A stretch of DNA of 64,000 nt from Octopus sinensis (GCF_006345805.1 NC_043001.1:61876001-61940000), one strand, 5' to 3'. Shown: positions 1 to 14,017, counted from the stretch's first letter. Notes: a model not told the origin generated them from the letters alone. Made by a program: numbers and translations.

Positions 1-115
1 AAGTATTTCATGTGGCATTTTCCAGAGTGACTCACTATCACCACTCTTCTTCTGTCTAGCCTTAATACGTCTCTCAAAATTGCTCAATGATGCACAGTAC
101 GGTGATAAAATGTAG
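1..115 (+). mobile_element. R4/Dong-type LINE reverse transcriptase fragment
   Basis: Translates to GIFQSDSLSPLFFCLAL..LSKLLNDAQYG (QGDxLSP motif); 79-115 closely matches the start of the LINE at 32409. Confidence 0.75.
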
Positions 116-958
116 TTTGTGTAAATGTTCGGGGCCTAGGTTGCTCAGCGATCTCAGGTCCCTTAATTTATATGTGACAGCAATTAGTGAAACAAGAATT
201 TCCGGGAAGCATGCTCTTGCATCCATTTTCGAAGATTTCAAGATATTCTCATCTTGTAGTCTGTCGGAAGCGGGCGGTGATGTAGCAGTGTTATTCCAAA
301 AATCCTTAGGTTCCAAAGTAAGGGCAATCTTATTGGACTCGGACGATAGGATGGTGGTTCTAGGTATGAATGACAGTGAAGGTGGTGCCTTTAGACTGGT
401 GGCCGTGTATGACCGACAGTGCCTGAAAGGCCAGATTTCTTCAGGCGTCTAGAAACATCCCTGGGAACGTCTCGCACTTTAGTACTAGTGGGGGACTGGA
501 ATAGTATTTTGGACGTGCGGAAGTATGATTTGGGTATTGTACATAGAAGGGAGTGTAAAAGCTTCGAAAATCTGCTCAGAAACTTCCAGCTGTCCGACAG
601 ATATCGATTGGATTTCCCTGATGTGCCAGTGTCGACATGGAGCAACCACAATGGGTCATCCAGATAGTATCTAGAGTATCTGTTAGGTCAGTGGACATGG
701 ATAATGTAGGGTGTCAACAATTCAAATTGGTTGGCTACTCAGATCGCAAATTTGTGATCTGCACAGTCGATTTAGATAGGACTCATAGACAGGGACCTGG
801 TTACTGGAAGTTGAACGCATCCTTACCGGCACGCAAAGACTACAGTGACCGGATTAGTGAACTAGTTAAGCGGAAGTTGACGAGGACAATCGTTAACAAC
901 CGATGGTGGATAGCCCTGAAGAGGGCGATTAGAGCAGAATCTATAGCCCGAGGCCATA
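116..958 (+). mobile_element. Tx1-like LINE, AP-endonuclease region, frameshifted
   Basis: LVLVGDWN, WSN..SR, SD(H/R)KFV and GPGYWKLNASL motifs over several frames; homologous to 30300-31000 on the minus strand. Confidence 0.8.
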
Positions 959-1007
959 AAAGACACTTGACCAATGTGCCACGCAGCTTCTTACCACATA
1001 GTCATGA

Positions 1008-1025
1008 CTGATAGATAGATAGATT

Positions 1026-1065
<40 letters not shown>

Positions 1066-1066
1066 T

Positions 1067-1160
<94 letters not shown>

Positions 1161-1172
1161 GGATATATAGAT

Positions 1173-1203
<31 letters not shown>

Positions 1204-1208
1204 TAGAT

Positions 1209-1290
<82 letters not shown>

Positions 1291-1510
1291 GTAGGTAGGT
1301 ATATGTATGTAAGTATAAAAAGAACACAAATGGACGCATACATTGTAATGAATCCTGTAACTAATCTATGTATGTATGTATGCCTGTATGTATGTGTGTA
1401 TGTATGTATGTATGCATGTATGTATGCGTGTATGTATGTATGTATGTATGTATGTATGTATGTATGTATGTATGTATTATGTATGTATGAATGTATGTAT
1501 GCATGCATGC
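1008..1510. repeat. (ATAG)n then (TATG)n microsatellites
   Basis: Tandem tetranucleotide arrays at about 1008-1290 and 1367-1510. Confidence 0.97.
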
Positions 1511-2031
1511 AAGCAGATATGTAGTAAAGTTTCTATGTAATCAAATTACACATGTAATTTGTGCACAGCTACTTTTCTATAAATAAAAGAACGGCAATAT
1601 ATATATAGTTTCATCTCTTTCCGTTTATCATAGTTTTACAAATGCTGAATTATCGTTTAAAGTAGAAGTTATCAATGACCTGTAATTATATTTTCATAAA
1701 CATTATGAAAATGCTAACCAAAGGTAAAAAATTATCAATATAGAGAACAACGATAACTTTTAAGATTAATTCAAATATCAGAGTATGTTAGCGATAAAAT
1801 TACACACGTAAGTTGTATGAAGAATTTTAGTAAGTGGATATTGCAAAATGTTTAACTCTTCGTGTTGTATACTACTGCAAGCAAGAAGCACTTTTCGAAT
1901 CGGAAGTGAGGAATTAGTAAATATCAAAGATGGAGACATGGAGTAAATTAAGATTCATTTTTTTTTCTTTTTTTATTAGGCCGTGTAGCATTAAAAATAC
2001 AACCAGAAGTGCCCTTTTTCGCAAAAATATT

Positions 2032-2206
2032 AGGCGCAGGAATGGCTGTGTGGCAAGTAGCTTGCTTAGCAACCACATGGTTCCGGGTTCAGTCCCACTG
2101 CGTGGCACCTTGGGCAAGTGTCTTCTACTATAGCCTCAGGCCGACCAAAGCCTTGTGAGTGGATTTGGTAGACGGAAACTGAAAGAAACCCGTCGTATAT
2201 ATGTGT

Positions 2207-2277
<71 letters not shown>

Positions 2278-2490
2278 TAATACGTTTGTGTTCGCCCCCC
2301 CCCCCCCCCACATCGTTTGACAACCGATGCTGGTGTGTTTACGCTCCCGTAACTTAGCGGTTCGGCAAAAGAGACCGATAGAATAAGTACTAGGCTTACA
2401 AAGAATAAGTCCTGTGGTCGATTTGTTCGACTAAAGGCGGTGCTCCAGCATGCCCACAATCAAACGACTGAAACAAGGAAAAGAAAAGAG
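2032..2490 (+). mobile_element. tRNA-derived SINE family 1 (CORE-like, octopus OR-type), with internal (TA)(TG)n
   Basis: A-box-like TGGCTGTGTGG, B-box-like GGTTCAGTCCC, CCTTGGGCAAGT core-like motif; more than 10 copies in the window. Confidence 0.85.
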
Positions 2491-2507
2491 TATTAATATC
2501 GGAGTGT

Positions 2508-2700
2508 AAGTAGAAAGATATATATTTTCAACGCGTAAATACTGATAGAACAGCATATATAGGATAAAATCCTTAGAAAGCAGATAAATGTGTCAGCAAT
2601 CAGCAAGATTGGTGACAGATTTTTCTACTCTGTAAGGATTTTATACTATATATGCTGGTCTATCAGTATTTACGCGTTGAAAATATACATCTTTCTACTT
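2508..2700. repeat. 68-bp inverted repeat with 57-bp spacer (MITE-like hairpin)
   Basis: 2508-2575 is the reverse complement of 2633-2700 with about 3 mismatches. Confidence 0.9.
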
Positions 2701-2899
2701 GTACTACAATACATTTCAGCACTTCAAAAACAGTCTTATGTTTGTTTACATATGATTTAATTTATTAATATTGGAATTTTTACTATTTTTCTGGTTATTC
2801 TTGACATGAAAAGGCTTTGTTTTTGTAAAAGTTACATTATCATATAATTATTATTTCTTAATCACGTTCCTCTATTATATAAGGATGACTGATACATAC

Positions 2900-2967
2900 G
2901 TTGGTGCACGAACTGTATATTCTTTGACACTTAACATATTCCTTGATGTTATTGAAAACCTTCACAA
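2900..2967 (-). CDS. Weak candidate internal exon (VKVFNNIKEYVKCQRIYSSCTN)
   Basis: tttgtcag acceptor, AAC|gtatgt donor, one open frame; no recognised homology. Confidence 0.2.
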
Positions 2968-3345
2968 CTGACAAATTTCATGTTTAACTTTACTACACTA
3001 TAGAGACACAAGCATTATATGCTTCCACTATCCCCTTTTCATCATCTTTATCTCCCCTTATGCTCTCTCTCCTCTCTCCCACTTTTGCTTCATTGATATT
3101 GTTGTTGCTGCTGCTGCTGCAGCTGTTGGAGTGGTTATGCAGTAAAATCCTTATCTGAGAGTCCAGTATTGCCATAGTTGTCAATAAACACACAACACAG
3201 GTTTTATGGAGAGTCAGTCATCGTATCTGATGTAGGTTACAGTCAACAGATGATGTAGATTATTTTAGTTGAGTCAAACTTCTCGCATACTTCAGAAGAG
3301 TAAAAACTTAAATATACTTCACATAGCCTTACATCTTCATCATCC

Positions 3346-3628
3346 TTTTCTTCTTCTTCTTCTTCTTCTTCTTCTTCTTCTTCTTCTTCTTCTTCTTCTT
3401 CTTCTTCTTCTTCTTCTTCTTCTTCTTCTTCTTCTTCTTCTTCTTCTTCTTCTTCTTCTTCTTCTTCTTCGTCTTCTTCTTCTTCTTCTTCGTCTTCGTC
3501 TTCTTCCCCCTCCTCCTCCTCTTCCACTTCCTCCTCTTCCACTTCCTCCTCTTCCACTTCCTCCTCTTCCACTTCCTCCTCTTGTACCTCTTCTTCCTCT
3601 TCTTCTGTTTTATCATCACCATCATCAC

Positions 3629-3693
<65 letters not shown>

Positions 3694-3700
3694 CCTTCAT
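3346..3700. repeat. Compound (TTC)n/(TCC)n/(CAT)n microsatellite
   Basis: Directly visible; explains the poly-E/K/L/H ORFs. Confidence 0.97.
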
Positions 3701-4066
3701 TATATTATATTCGTAAAGTATAATCGCATTTCTCTTTCTGAACCCGATCGATAAAGGAAAGAATTGCTAAAATTATTTCATTTGCCGATAGCTTTCAGCA
3801 GTTATGCTCTTATTTCAACTCAATACTAATGATATATCTTTGTGGTGAGAAATTGAAAAAGCTAAAGAAATATATCTCATTGACATTTATTTATATGAAC
3901 TCCATGTAATTTTATTGCGAGAATTGTACACAGATGCATACACACAAGCACTTACACTATATATCCACAAGCATGTGTGTGTGTGTGTATTTGTGGGTGT
4001 GAGTGATTGCGTGTTCGTGTTTGTATATATGTGTGTGTGTGTATACACGCCTACACACATATATAA

Positions 4067-4137
<71 letters not shown>

Positions 4138-4794
4138 CATACATATATATAATATATGATATATATATTTGTGCGTGTGTGTGTATGTGTTTTGGGATGT
4201 GCTTGTACATACATAATATAAATGTTCATAGATTTATACATACACGCACATCGATATGTGTGGATGTTATTATTTCGTTATATATGTATATATACGTGTT
4301 CAAAAGAACTTTTACTACCATAATTAGATTTTCTATATTCAATTTTAATCCACCATTGTTCGTGTCATTGTTATCATTTTAACTTTGCTGGTGCAGCCGG
4401 AAATAAAGTAATTATTTCCGGCACGACACTCTGTTATACGACATATCTCCTCACACCACTCCGACTTTTGCCTCGATTATATTTGATGCTATCGGCTTAT
4501 TATTGTATTTTTCTAAAATCCTGCATCTACAATTATATTAGAAAACATACTCCAAAAAGTGACAATGCTAGAAAATCAGAACTTATCCAAACCAAAGTAC
4601 AACCTCGGTTAAATGCATACCCGTTGCGAAAGGGTGCGGTTAGCAAAGTGATTCACGATAGACCCTACGTGCATGATAGCAATTCGAGCAATTCTCAGAA
4701 GCGTTCAAACGGATGTCCTATTGAATAAGACCTAAAGTGCGAAAAGACGAAGGAATATCCTAATCCGGTCATCTTTCACCTAATATGTGCTGTT

Positions 4795-4957
4795 TGCTTT
4801 AGCGGCATTACGTCCGTCTTTACATTCTGAGCTCAAGTTCCGCCGAGGTCGACTTTGCGTTTCAAACTTTCTAGGTAGATAAATTAAGTACCAGTGAAAT
4901 ACTGGGGTCGATGTAATCGACTAGGCCCTTATCCCAAAATTTCAGACCTTATTATTA

Positions 4958-5004
<47 letters not shown>

Positions 5005-5240
5005 ACTACTACTACTACTACTACTACTGTTGCTGCTGCTGCTAAGGCGGTGAGCCTGTATAATCGTTAGAATGGGAACAAAAGTTTAGTGGATATCTTC
5101 CGGCTTTACGTTCAGAGCGCAAATGTCACTGAGGACTTTGCCTTTCATCATTTCGTCGTCGATGAAATAAGTGCCAATTGAGCTCTGGGGTCAATGCAAT
5201 CTACTGTTCCCTCCCCAAAATTTCAGGTATTGTGCCGATC
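4795..5240 (+). mobile_element. Two copies of SINE-like family 2 separated by (TTA)n
   Basis: 4795-4950 and 5043-5240 share gaggtcgactttgcctttcat...ctggggtcgatgtaat...aaaatttcag; a reverse copy lies at 38001-38200. Confidence 0.75.
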
Positions 5241-5259
5241 AAGTAAAGAAAGTATACTA

Positions 5260-6145
5260 TCGGCAACCAGAGATATCCAAAAAGTGACTGAAACAGTTGG
5301 GGAATTCGAAGGGAAAAGGAAGAACAGAACAAACAAATGGAAAGAAATGGAAATACATGATTAATTCATGCAACAAACCGAAAATGTTGGAAGTAAAGAT
5401 CGCTAACACTGGTTGATGGACGGAAACTTAAAATGGGAGACAGAAACGCTAATTATAGCAGATCAAGAACAATGCCTTAGAACAAATCTGATAAAGCAAA
5501 GATGGACAAAACTCAGTCAGACAGCAAACGTAGAATCTGCAGGAAATGGAACGAAAGTATCAATCATATATTTTGAATGCAGTATACTAGCACAAAAGGA
5601 ATATAAGAGAAGACATGACTGTATAGAAAAAAATTACAATGGGATGCTAGCCGAGTATATGACTTCAAAACAACAGAAAAGTGGCATGAACACAAACCAG
5701 AATTTGTGATAGAAAATGAGAATTGCAAGATCATGTGGGACTTCCCCATAAAGACTGACCATACTACTGAAGCAAAAGAAAAACAGATATGATTATAGAG
5801 AGCAAAATAAACAGCGTAAGCTCATAGATTTTTCTATTCCCTATGATAGCAGAGTCAATACCAAAAAACTGAAAAATCCTAAGAACTATCAATATCTATC
5901 CAGAGGGCTGAGGAGATTGTAGAAGACCAAGACAATAACTATTCCTAGAGTGATTCTTGCACTTGGCAGAACACCCAAAATTTTACCTAAAACACTGAAA
6001 GATTTTGAAACTGAAACTCGCATTGTCGACCTACAGAAAAGTACCATCCTATATTCTGCAAGAATCTTAAGAAACATTCTTGTGATTTGAGGAAACTTGT
6101 AACCAAACCTCACTAAATTAGCATGCATAAGCGAAATAATAAGAA
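5260..6145 (+). mobile_element. Degraded R4/Dong-type LINE 3' portion
   Basis: LKWETETLIIADQEQCLRTN, HEHKPEFVIENENCKIMWDF, DLQKSTILYSARILR motifs with frameshifts. Confidence 0.8.
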
Positions 6146-7379
6146 CAATAAGAAAATTTTATGAAGATTGACGTAACTTTTCACGAAAGAAAATACACAA
6201 TAAAAAGATACGATTTGTAATAAACAGAGACGATATGTCTGTCTTAAAATGACAAAAATAAGAAATAAGAACAGAAACGCGGAAATATAGAATTTCAGAA
6301 TTTAAACTGGGATCTCCTGCGCTCCTTTTTAGACAAAACGTCGTCATCAATTTTCGCTTTTTCGTAACTTCTAACAAGTAAAAAGAACAAAAAAAAAGAT
6401 AATGAAAGAAACGTGATGGAATTTTCCCTTCATTTTGTTCACTTCTCCAGGGCGTGACGTTAGTATTACACAAATATTTTTATCCTTATGTGTTTTGATG
6501 ACTTATAGTGCAGTGGAGTCAGAATATTTTCTGAAAATGCGTACTTTAAGGTGTTTCTCAAATATACAACCGTTTGATGGGAAATGTTCGGCAAGTTCCG
6601 TCGAACTACTGTTATTGTGCCTGGTGTCATATCTATGATCATTAAATAATTTATTTAATTTTTCTGTTGTGCAGCTAGCAAAATTAAGTCGTGTTTAGTG
6701 CATTCTGCTGCGAACACCAAATGAGAATCCTTACACGTCCCACCTTCTGTATAAATCATAACATTTCTGTTATAATTTGTGATGAAAATAACTTAGCTCG
6801 TGTTGTTCAACAATGAGTAATATTTAGCAGCCTTGCGGCTTTTTTCTGGTTTTTTTTTTTTTTCAGGGATACAACGTTCAAAAATTCCAATGGAGATTTT
6901 ATTCAGTTTAGAGCTAGTGGTTAATAACTCTCTTATATATTTATAATGTCTAACGGCTATAATAGGCGAATGAGGAAATATTTGTTGAAACGGAAATGTT
7001 TTTCTAAAACATGCTAGTAACTTTCATACTACACCTTTGAATTCCAACGAAATTTCGGTGCCAGTTAATCAATGAAGGAATTCGGTCGTTAATTTTATTT
7101 TGGTTGCTAAAATTAGGCATGAGAGTTTGACTTTCCTTTTAATTTTATCTTTGTAATTTACGATTTCCTTCAATCGTGATACATTATAACCATGTTTTAT
7201 ATGACTAACGAAAGCATTTATATGTTTCTAATAATCCCCTATGTCAGTACAAATCCATTTTATCCTTAAAATCCGAGAGTTCGGGTTGACTTAATTGTAT
7301 GATGTGGATGCTCGGCGCGGCTGTAAAATAAATCTGAGATGAAGTGGGTTTACAAAATATTTTTTTAACTACAAAGCCA

Positions 7380-7800
7380 TAGTTTTTGCGAAACAGTCGC
7401 AGGAATGCAAATTCTTAACTAAATTCTCCTGCAACAAACAAACAAATTGTCATCAGTGAACCGTAACCAAATTTGAATTTCCCCATTAACTGTGGCTCAA
7501 ATTTTGTCATGAAGACATTAGTGAATTTAATTGACATGGAGTTACCAATGGCGCATCTCCACCCAACCCTGGCGGTAAAATTTTGTCCAAACTTAATTAT
7601 GTTACTTGTAACATAAACTTCAATAATTTACAGAGAAAATTTGATGGAATACTTCTGTTTGACAGTTTTTCAAAAGCATTCATGCATGCTTCCACGCCCT
7701 CATCACAGTCAATGTTGGAGTATATTGAAGAGCCATCCATAATTACTAAAAAAAGAGTTTTCGACATTATTTCATTTCTTAGAAAAATTGTTTATTTTGT
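7380..7800 (-). mobile_element. Degraded Penelope-like RT fragment
   Basis: Minus strand gives DGSSIYSNIDCDEGV, FYRQ..AIGNSMSIKFTNVFMTKFE and WLRFTDD (PLE RT motifs 4-5). Confidence 0.65.
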
Positions 7801-8199
7801 ATACAAAATCAAAAGTGTCCTTGAATATAAGTATTCAATATTTTTGAGACAGGGAATAAGCAGAGCTGTTGGGGCAAAGATGCAGCGGTAATATCACCTA
7901 TTCTTCTCAGAGGCACCAGCAATCATATCAGTCCATCTACACCAATTTTAGGCAAAGAATTTTAGGTAAGAGATCCAAAATGGGATGAAGGCAAAGAAAA
8001 TTTCAGCTTCTCAACTTCTCTACTTTATAAGATGTATAAAACTTCTCAACTTCTCTACTTTATAAGATATATAAAACATGTTTATTCCACAGGCTTTGGA
8101 GGATCCAGAGGGTGATTTGAATGAGAGGCACGGTGACCCATCAGTGGTAGTATAAAGAAGAGATGTAGATTCCAAAGAAGGAAGAGTCAAAGACAATTC

Positions 8200-8660
8200 A
8201 GTCAGTTTAGAATAATCTTGCAACTCAGCGCTGAAGGCAAGATACGTTTCAGCTAGAGATTATTTCCTGAGGAATTGCTACAATGATACCTCAGTTCAGA
8301 AAGGAAGATTTTCAAAGATATCAGGTTGTCAAAAACAAAACAATAAAAAAAACTGTGACGAGCCTGGGAAAGGTGTTTAATAGCAGTCTGAAAGATACAG
8401 CACCCATCCATGAAACCTACCAAGAGCCAGAAACATCGATACCCACAATAGTAAAGTCAGGTCTTCCTGACAAGTTTCAGGCCTGGATTTATCAGCATGG
8501 CATACTCCCAGGGATTTAGGCCACTCTTGATATACAAGTTTTCAATATTCACAGTAGAGAGGAGCATCACCCTATATAAAGTGTTGAAGCTCACCAGCAA
8601 CAGCCTGAAAGAAATCATTGTAACTTCCCTAGAGTACTGCTGCAAGACCGAGACTCCTGC
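8200..8660 (+). mobile_element. REL-type LINE fragment of a different clade (HERO/NeSL-like)
   Basis: SLGKVF..SLKD and KSGLPDKFQAWIYQHGILP..RPLLIY motifs, recalled from HERO-type RT C-termini. Confidence 0.6.
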
Positions 8661-11594
8661 GGCACAAAAGTCTCTGAGGTTGGTATCCAGTGTTTCCGTT
8701 CTTTTCCGTTTTCTGGTGCTAGAATGTGTAGTTTCAAACGCGTTGTACAATACTTCCATAGGGATTTTATTTCTCGTGACTCTTTTCCGTGAATCTTTTT
8801 TTAAGTTGATTAATGTTCGACTATTGATTATGTTCGACTTTTTTCCTTTATACCAGGAATATGATTCTTCCAATTTGTTTAATAATTACACCCTCCTCCC
8901 AGCATTCTTTACCATATCTATAGGCTTCAAAAACAACTTTGTCATCTAACTTGAAGAATATTGAAGTATTTTGTTTTTCACTTTTTTTTCTATTTTCACT
9001 CGGTAGATCTGATCTTTCTTGCAAACATCAATTTTGCGGGTGACATTCCAGACGGGTGTTTGGATTAGGTGTTACTCGGTACACTCTTAGAAATTATTGA
9101 AGTGCAAGATCGTCCATTACTTCATTGTTCGCCTTTTTCAACATCCTCTTGAAAGTGTCTACGAAACAACCGGTTATCCATTTGACCCAAGATGATATGG
9201 CGGAGCGGTAACATGCTCGATAACGGACATTTTACAAAATTTTCCCAACTCGTCTGAATAAATTGAGTTCCATACAACGGTATCAGGTATGCTATATCTG
9301 GCGAACAATTCGTGTAAAAACCTTACCGTAACTGCAGGTGTCGGCTTTTTACACTTATGCACTTCAGGTCACTTTGAAAAACTGTCCACCACAATAAGGT
9401 AATATGAACCCTTAAGTGGACCTGTGTAATCAACATACAGTCTGGACCGTGGAATATCTGTTTTTGGCCACGGTTGCCATTTAGTGGTAAGTGCTTTTGC
9501 AGCTAGGGTACACCCTCTGCATGCTTTCACTATTTCTTCAATGTCACAGTCCATTGTTGGCCAATATACATAACCTATATACATAACCTATCATTAACGA
9601 TTTCATTTTCGAAATCCCTGGGTGACTAATGTGAAATTCCTTAAGTAATCGTTTCTGTAGTGTAGCTGGAACTATGACTCTGTGCGTACATCAGCGCATT
9701 GTCATACATAAAGAATGGGTTCAAATTTCTCCGCTAACATAGCAGCCATAGTCTGTTGAAAAATCGCCGGTGCGACTTTTAAGCCAAATGGTAACCATTT
9801 GTTGTTTATACAGTCCTTTATGTGTGTTAATTGTTAGGTATTTAGAGCATTCATCATCTACTTTAGTTTGTAGGTACGCGTCAGAGAGATCCAATTTAGA
9901 AAATATCTTGCCACGTTTAATTTCACAAATATATCTTCCGGAGTAGGAAGCGGGTAATAGCACGTTTTAAGACATTCGTTTAAACCACTGGAAAAATCAG
10001 TACACACTCTGATTTTATTATTCTTTTTCTTAGCGTACACAGTTGGTGACGCTCATGACTATATTCCACTTTTTGGATGACTTCAGTTTCTTCTAGTCTC
10101 TCTAACTTTTTATCTGTTCTAATGCTGCGGAAGGTAAAGTTCGTTTTTGTTTAAATACCAGTATAGCGTTTCCTTTTACTTGAAATGTCGCCTTCGTTTT
10201 GGCGCACAGACCTAATTCATCAGAGAGAACTTCAGGAAAAATCTATTGAATTTTTTAAATTCGTCTGACGATTTATTTGTATTGCCTGAAAATCATTCAC
10301 ATTTTAACAGAAAAGATTTATGGGGAAGTACCATAAATTAAACAATTCTATCCAGTCTGTTCCGAATAAATTTGTTGTATCATTCAACACAAAACTTTGG
10401 CTTTTAAGGTTTTTCCCACGAAATGTAATGTCATTTATCATTTCGCCATTAAAATGTAATTTTTTCCTGAAACACCACGTGCCAGTCTTGAAGTTTCTTT
10501 TAATCTAGGTCTCCTGATTTTTTTTTTTCTGTGTATATGTGTTAACATTATCGAGATGTCACTGCCCGTATCCAATTGTAACTTTACGTTTGTGCTATCA
10601 ATTTTTACATACACAAATTTCCTTTGGAGCTCGTTCGTATTTCTTGTCAATGATAACCTGTTTACGTTATATATTTTCCCGGTGGACAGTTTTTTAGGTT
10701 TTGTTTTACAGTGTGATATTTTATGATTTATCTTGCCACACTTGAAACATTTTATATTTTTAAACGGACAGTCACTTTTAAAATGTAGACCACTGCATCC
10801 ATAACATGGATTCGGTCTTGACATTTTTCCTCTTTTTCATATCCGTTACCGATCGACACGCAAGGATATGAGAGCAGCCTTTTTCTTCAATTTTATCTGC
10901 GTCATGTCTTAGATTTATAATCCTCTAACATTATTCTGCTATGACCTGTAGAGTTAAATTTTCGTCCTGTTCTAATTTTGTTAATATCCGGGAATGTATA
11001 TCTGCATCTTTGTTTGCCGTAAGCCCTTGAACAAAACTTTAAACATGTCCGGAGTTAATTCATTTAATCTGAATTTTTCACACTCTCTGTTAACAACTCC
11101 GGCATACGTGACGAAATCTTCCTCATCTTTTCTTACCTAATTTAAACATTGCCAGCAAGTATTGAACAGGGAACTTCTATCACTGAAATTTTTTGATAAA
11201 ATATTGCTCGGCAGGGGATAACTTTCTTAAAAGTAGTCGTAATTTTTTCTCATCAAACCAATTTTTACATTCTTATATGAATATGTCTTCGTATCTTCGA
11301 AAATATGCAAAGAAGGTAATCCTTTCTTCTGAATTATAGCTGAATTCTTTAACTGAGTTTGCTACGCTGTCTTACGAGTAAGAACCTGAAGTATTTTCAG
11401 ACTATTTCAACATTAATTCCAGCAACTGTTGGTTTTCTTGTTGTCGTAGTTGCTGTTGTAACTGCTTTTGTTGTTGTTGTTCCTGCTGTTGAAACTGCAC
11501 CACGGAGGCCAATAATTCCATGTTAAAACGACTTTTTCTTTAGTTTTGTATCAAAATAATAAACAATTAAACGTCCGACGCAAGGTTCAAACAA

Positions 11595-11604
11595 CTCGTC
11601 GCCA
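11595..11604 (-). promoter_or_regulatory. Primer-binding site TGGCGACGAG
   Basis: Complementary to a tRNA 3' end ...CUCGUCGCCA (tRNA-Ser(GCU)-type, from recall); between LTR and gag. Confidence 0.65.
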
Positions 11605-11618
11605 CTTTTATATCCTGG

Positions 11619-11889
11619 TGTTGTACATATAATTTAACGAACCAGGAGGAAAGAAATATTTACACGACGCAATACGATTACTATTACACGAGACTCAATG
11701 CCCACAGTCAACGGCTCACAGTGAATTGCTTATCCACTTGCTCACAGTTCTTTACTTTATAACAGTGTGTCAGTTGATGTGTCAGTTCACTTTTAGTCAC
11801 ATGAGGGTGGTTGGAATCCTACCACAACATAAACATAATGTGATTATGTTTGAAAAGTAATTGTTTTCCCCACTTTGTCATGTACAACG
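11619..11889 (-). repeat. Putative 5' LTR of the Gypsy element
   Basis: Bounded by inverted TGTTGTACAT / ATGTACAACG; lies just upstream of the PBS; boundaries approximate. Confidence 0.6.
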
Positions 11890-12471
11890 CCCTCCCGTCC
11901 TTTTCCCTTTTGTCTCCCGAGTGTGGAGCCCAAAGCCATTCGTCTAATTACATATACAGATTGACTTGTGGGAAGAGGAATGTGACCCCAATTATGCAAG
12001 CTAAGATAAATATTTAAAGAATATTTCTTTTTAGATTATTTAAAGGTGTGTATACAGGTTGTCCATATCTATATTTTCCATTATTGGGACATTGTCAAAA
12101 ATACTTATGAGATTCATGGGAGAAATGTTGCAAACAATGACAATACTCAATGATCGTGTAGGTCGGAGAATATCATTTTGTTTACGGGTCAAAATAATGA
12201 CGCAGGTATATGTAGAGCTACCATGCACTGAAAAGAGATTGATAATACTTGAGCGTTCGCAGCAACAATTGAATTGTTGAATTATCTGAGTAGGACTTTA
12301 CTCTAGCAACAGTATTATCGTTAAATTCAATCAGGAACTGATATTAGTGACAAGGTAAGGAATTTGGAAGTTCTTATTGGGAAAAATGTAATGCTCCTTG
12401 ATATGCGTTTATGTTTCTTAGACGATAAACCCCGGATGATGCAAACGATAAATTTTACACTGCTCTGCATA

Positions 12472-12521
<50 letters not shown>

Positions 12522-13617
12522 ATATATACAGTGCACCCTAGATGAGTAGGCTGGTACTAACAAGTGCTTTTAATGATCTTGTTGGACAAGAAGCAAGTGT
12601 TAGGTGATGCAGGTAAACTGAGAAACATTTCATTTGTGTTAGCTACACCATCATCAAACGGAATAAAGAACGATAAGCTAGCTGGATGACTTTGTCTTGA
12701 AGTGACCAAAGATGATTTCGCAATTGACGTCCTTTGTGAAAGCTAGAAACGTGGGAAGATATAGCATTGAAGTCTATGCAAAATAGAGTTGGTGCAACTC
12801 TGCAGGATTACTCCTTACACAATTATCATTGTCGTGAAGGGGAGAGGAAAAGAATTATATAAAGTTGGTAGAGTATTGTTTATCAAGATAGCAGAAGGAT
12901 CGGCTGCATTCTGCAAAACGGGATAGTTTGAGGGTTTTATGTTGCTAAAAAAATCACCTTTTATTGTTCTATTAATGTAATTTCAGGTATCATGTAGTTG
13001 GGTAAATGCCACTCACTTTGGCGGGAGTAAATTAGCTTCACCAGGCGTTTATAGAACTTTATGTTTACCTGAATAACTTCAAGACAACTATGAGAAAACC
13101 ACCTGAGAGACTTAGGGCACTGGACTTTTGTTGTGTGTTGGATGTGGAGGATTTAAATCACCTACCTAGTTGTTTGAAAATGATGTGAAGTACATGTGCT
13201 GTAAAGTGTAGATGGCATAAAACTAGCCGATAGAAAGTATTACAGAGTTTGCAATGAGGCAGTGATTGAATGACCCAATTGATGAGAAAACAATTATAAA
13301 GTGGTTTGGTATAGATTAGATACGGAGAAGAGAAGAGATCAAAAGTGTTTGGTGTCTGAATGTCAATATGGAATATGTATAAAGGATGATACAAGTCGAT
13401 TTGAGGATTACAAAGATTCGGTTTCTGTACCAGCATTATTAATGTCGGATGAGTTTGAGTGTCACAGAGAGTTAAGAGCCTCGACATCACCGAGAGCAAT
13501 GAGTTGTTGGTTCAGATTTCTACCTTTTTTTGTTTTGACATAAGAATTTCGACAGTCAGATTTTGGCAAGACTGATGTGGTGAACATTCTTCAAACAAAT
13601 TCAAATAGCTGCAATGG

Positions 13618-13695
<78 letters not shown>

Positions 13696-13734
13696 GTGTG
13701 TGTGGCTGTCTGGTATGAAGTTTGGTATACATTC

Positions 13735-13968
13735 TTTTATTTTTTATTCTTTTTACTTGCTTCTATTCTTTTTACTTCTTTGAGTCATTTGAATGTAGTC
13801 ATACTGGAGCACCGCCTTTAGTCAAACAAATCTACCACAGGACTTATTCTTTGTAAGCCTAGTACTTATTCTATTGTTCCCTTTTGCCGAACCGCTAAGT
13901 GATGGTGGAGGGGGAGCCAAACATAGACTCACAAATACACACACACACACACATATATACACACAAAT

Positions 13969-14017
<49 letters not shown>

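Larger units (their letters stand above)
8690..11889 (-). mobile_element. Ty3/Gypsy LTR retrotransposon (Mag/K02A2.6-like), decayed and internally deleted
   Basis: Two Cys/His knuckles (CYGC..HFKSDC, CFKC..INHKISHC), protease LDTGSDISI, RT YPLPTPEDIF/FSKLDLSDAYLQ, integrase YVDYTGP..IVVDSFSK and PYHLGSNG. Confidence 0.9.

Noticed and set aside
941-1524. ORFs rich in YLSI/YIHT/MYVC, and similar ORFs at 3243-3754, 18826-19194, 20304-20704, 21761-22570, 38076-38684 and 62205-63641
   Set aside because: Translations of microsatellites; no coding evidence
2032-2110. tRNA-like A/B boxes in SINE heads as tRNA genes
   Set aside because: No cloverleaf or anticodon arm; they continue into the SINE body
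4397-4423. 11-bp hairpin GCCGGAAATAA/TTATTTCCGGC
   Set aside because: Short and isolated; could be chance or a transposon end, with no further support
6435-6920. Strong plus-strand polypyrimidine-AG sites at about 6450 and 6866
   Set aside because: No convincing donors or recognisable peptides; such tracts are common in AT-rich DNA
12540-13560. Possible RTE-like LINE remnants here and at 51600-52500
   Set aside because: Motifs too decayed to support a call
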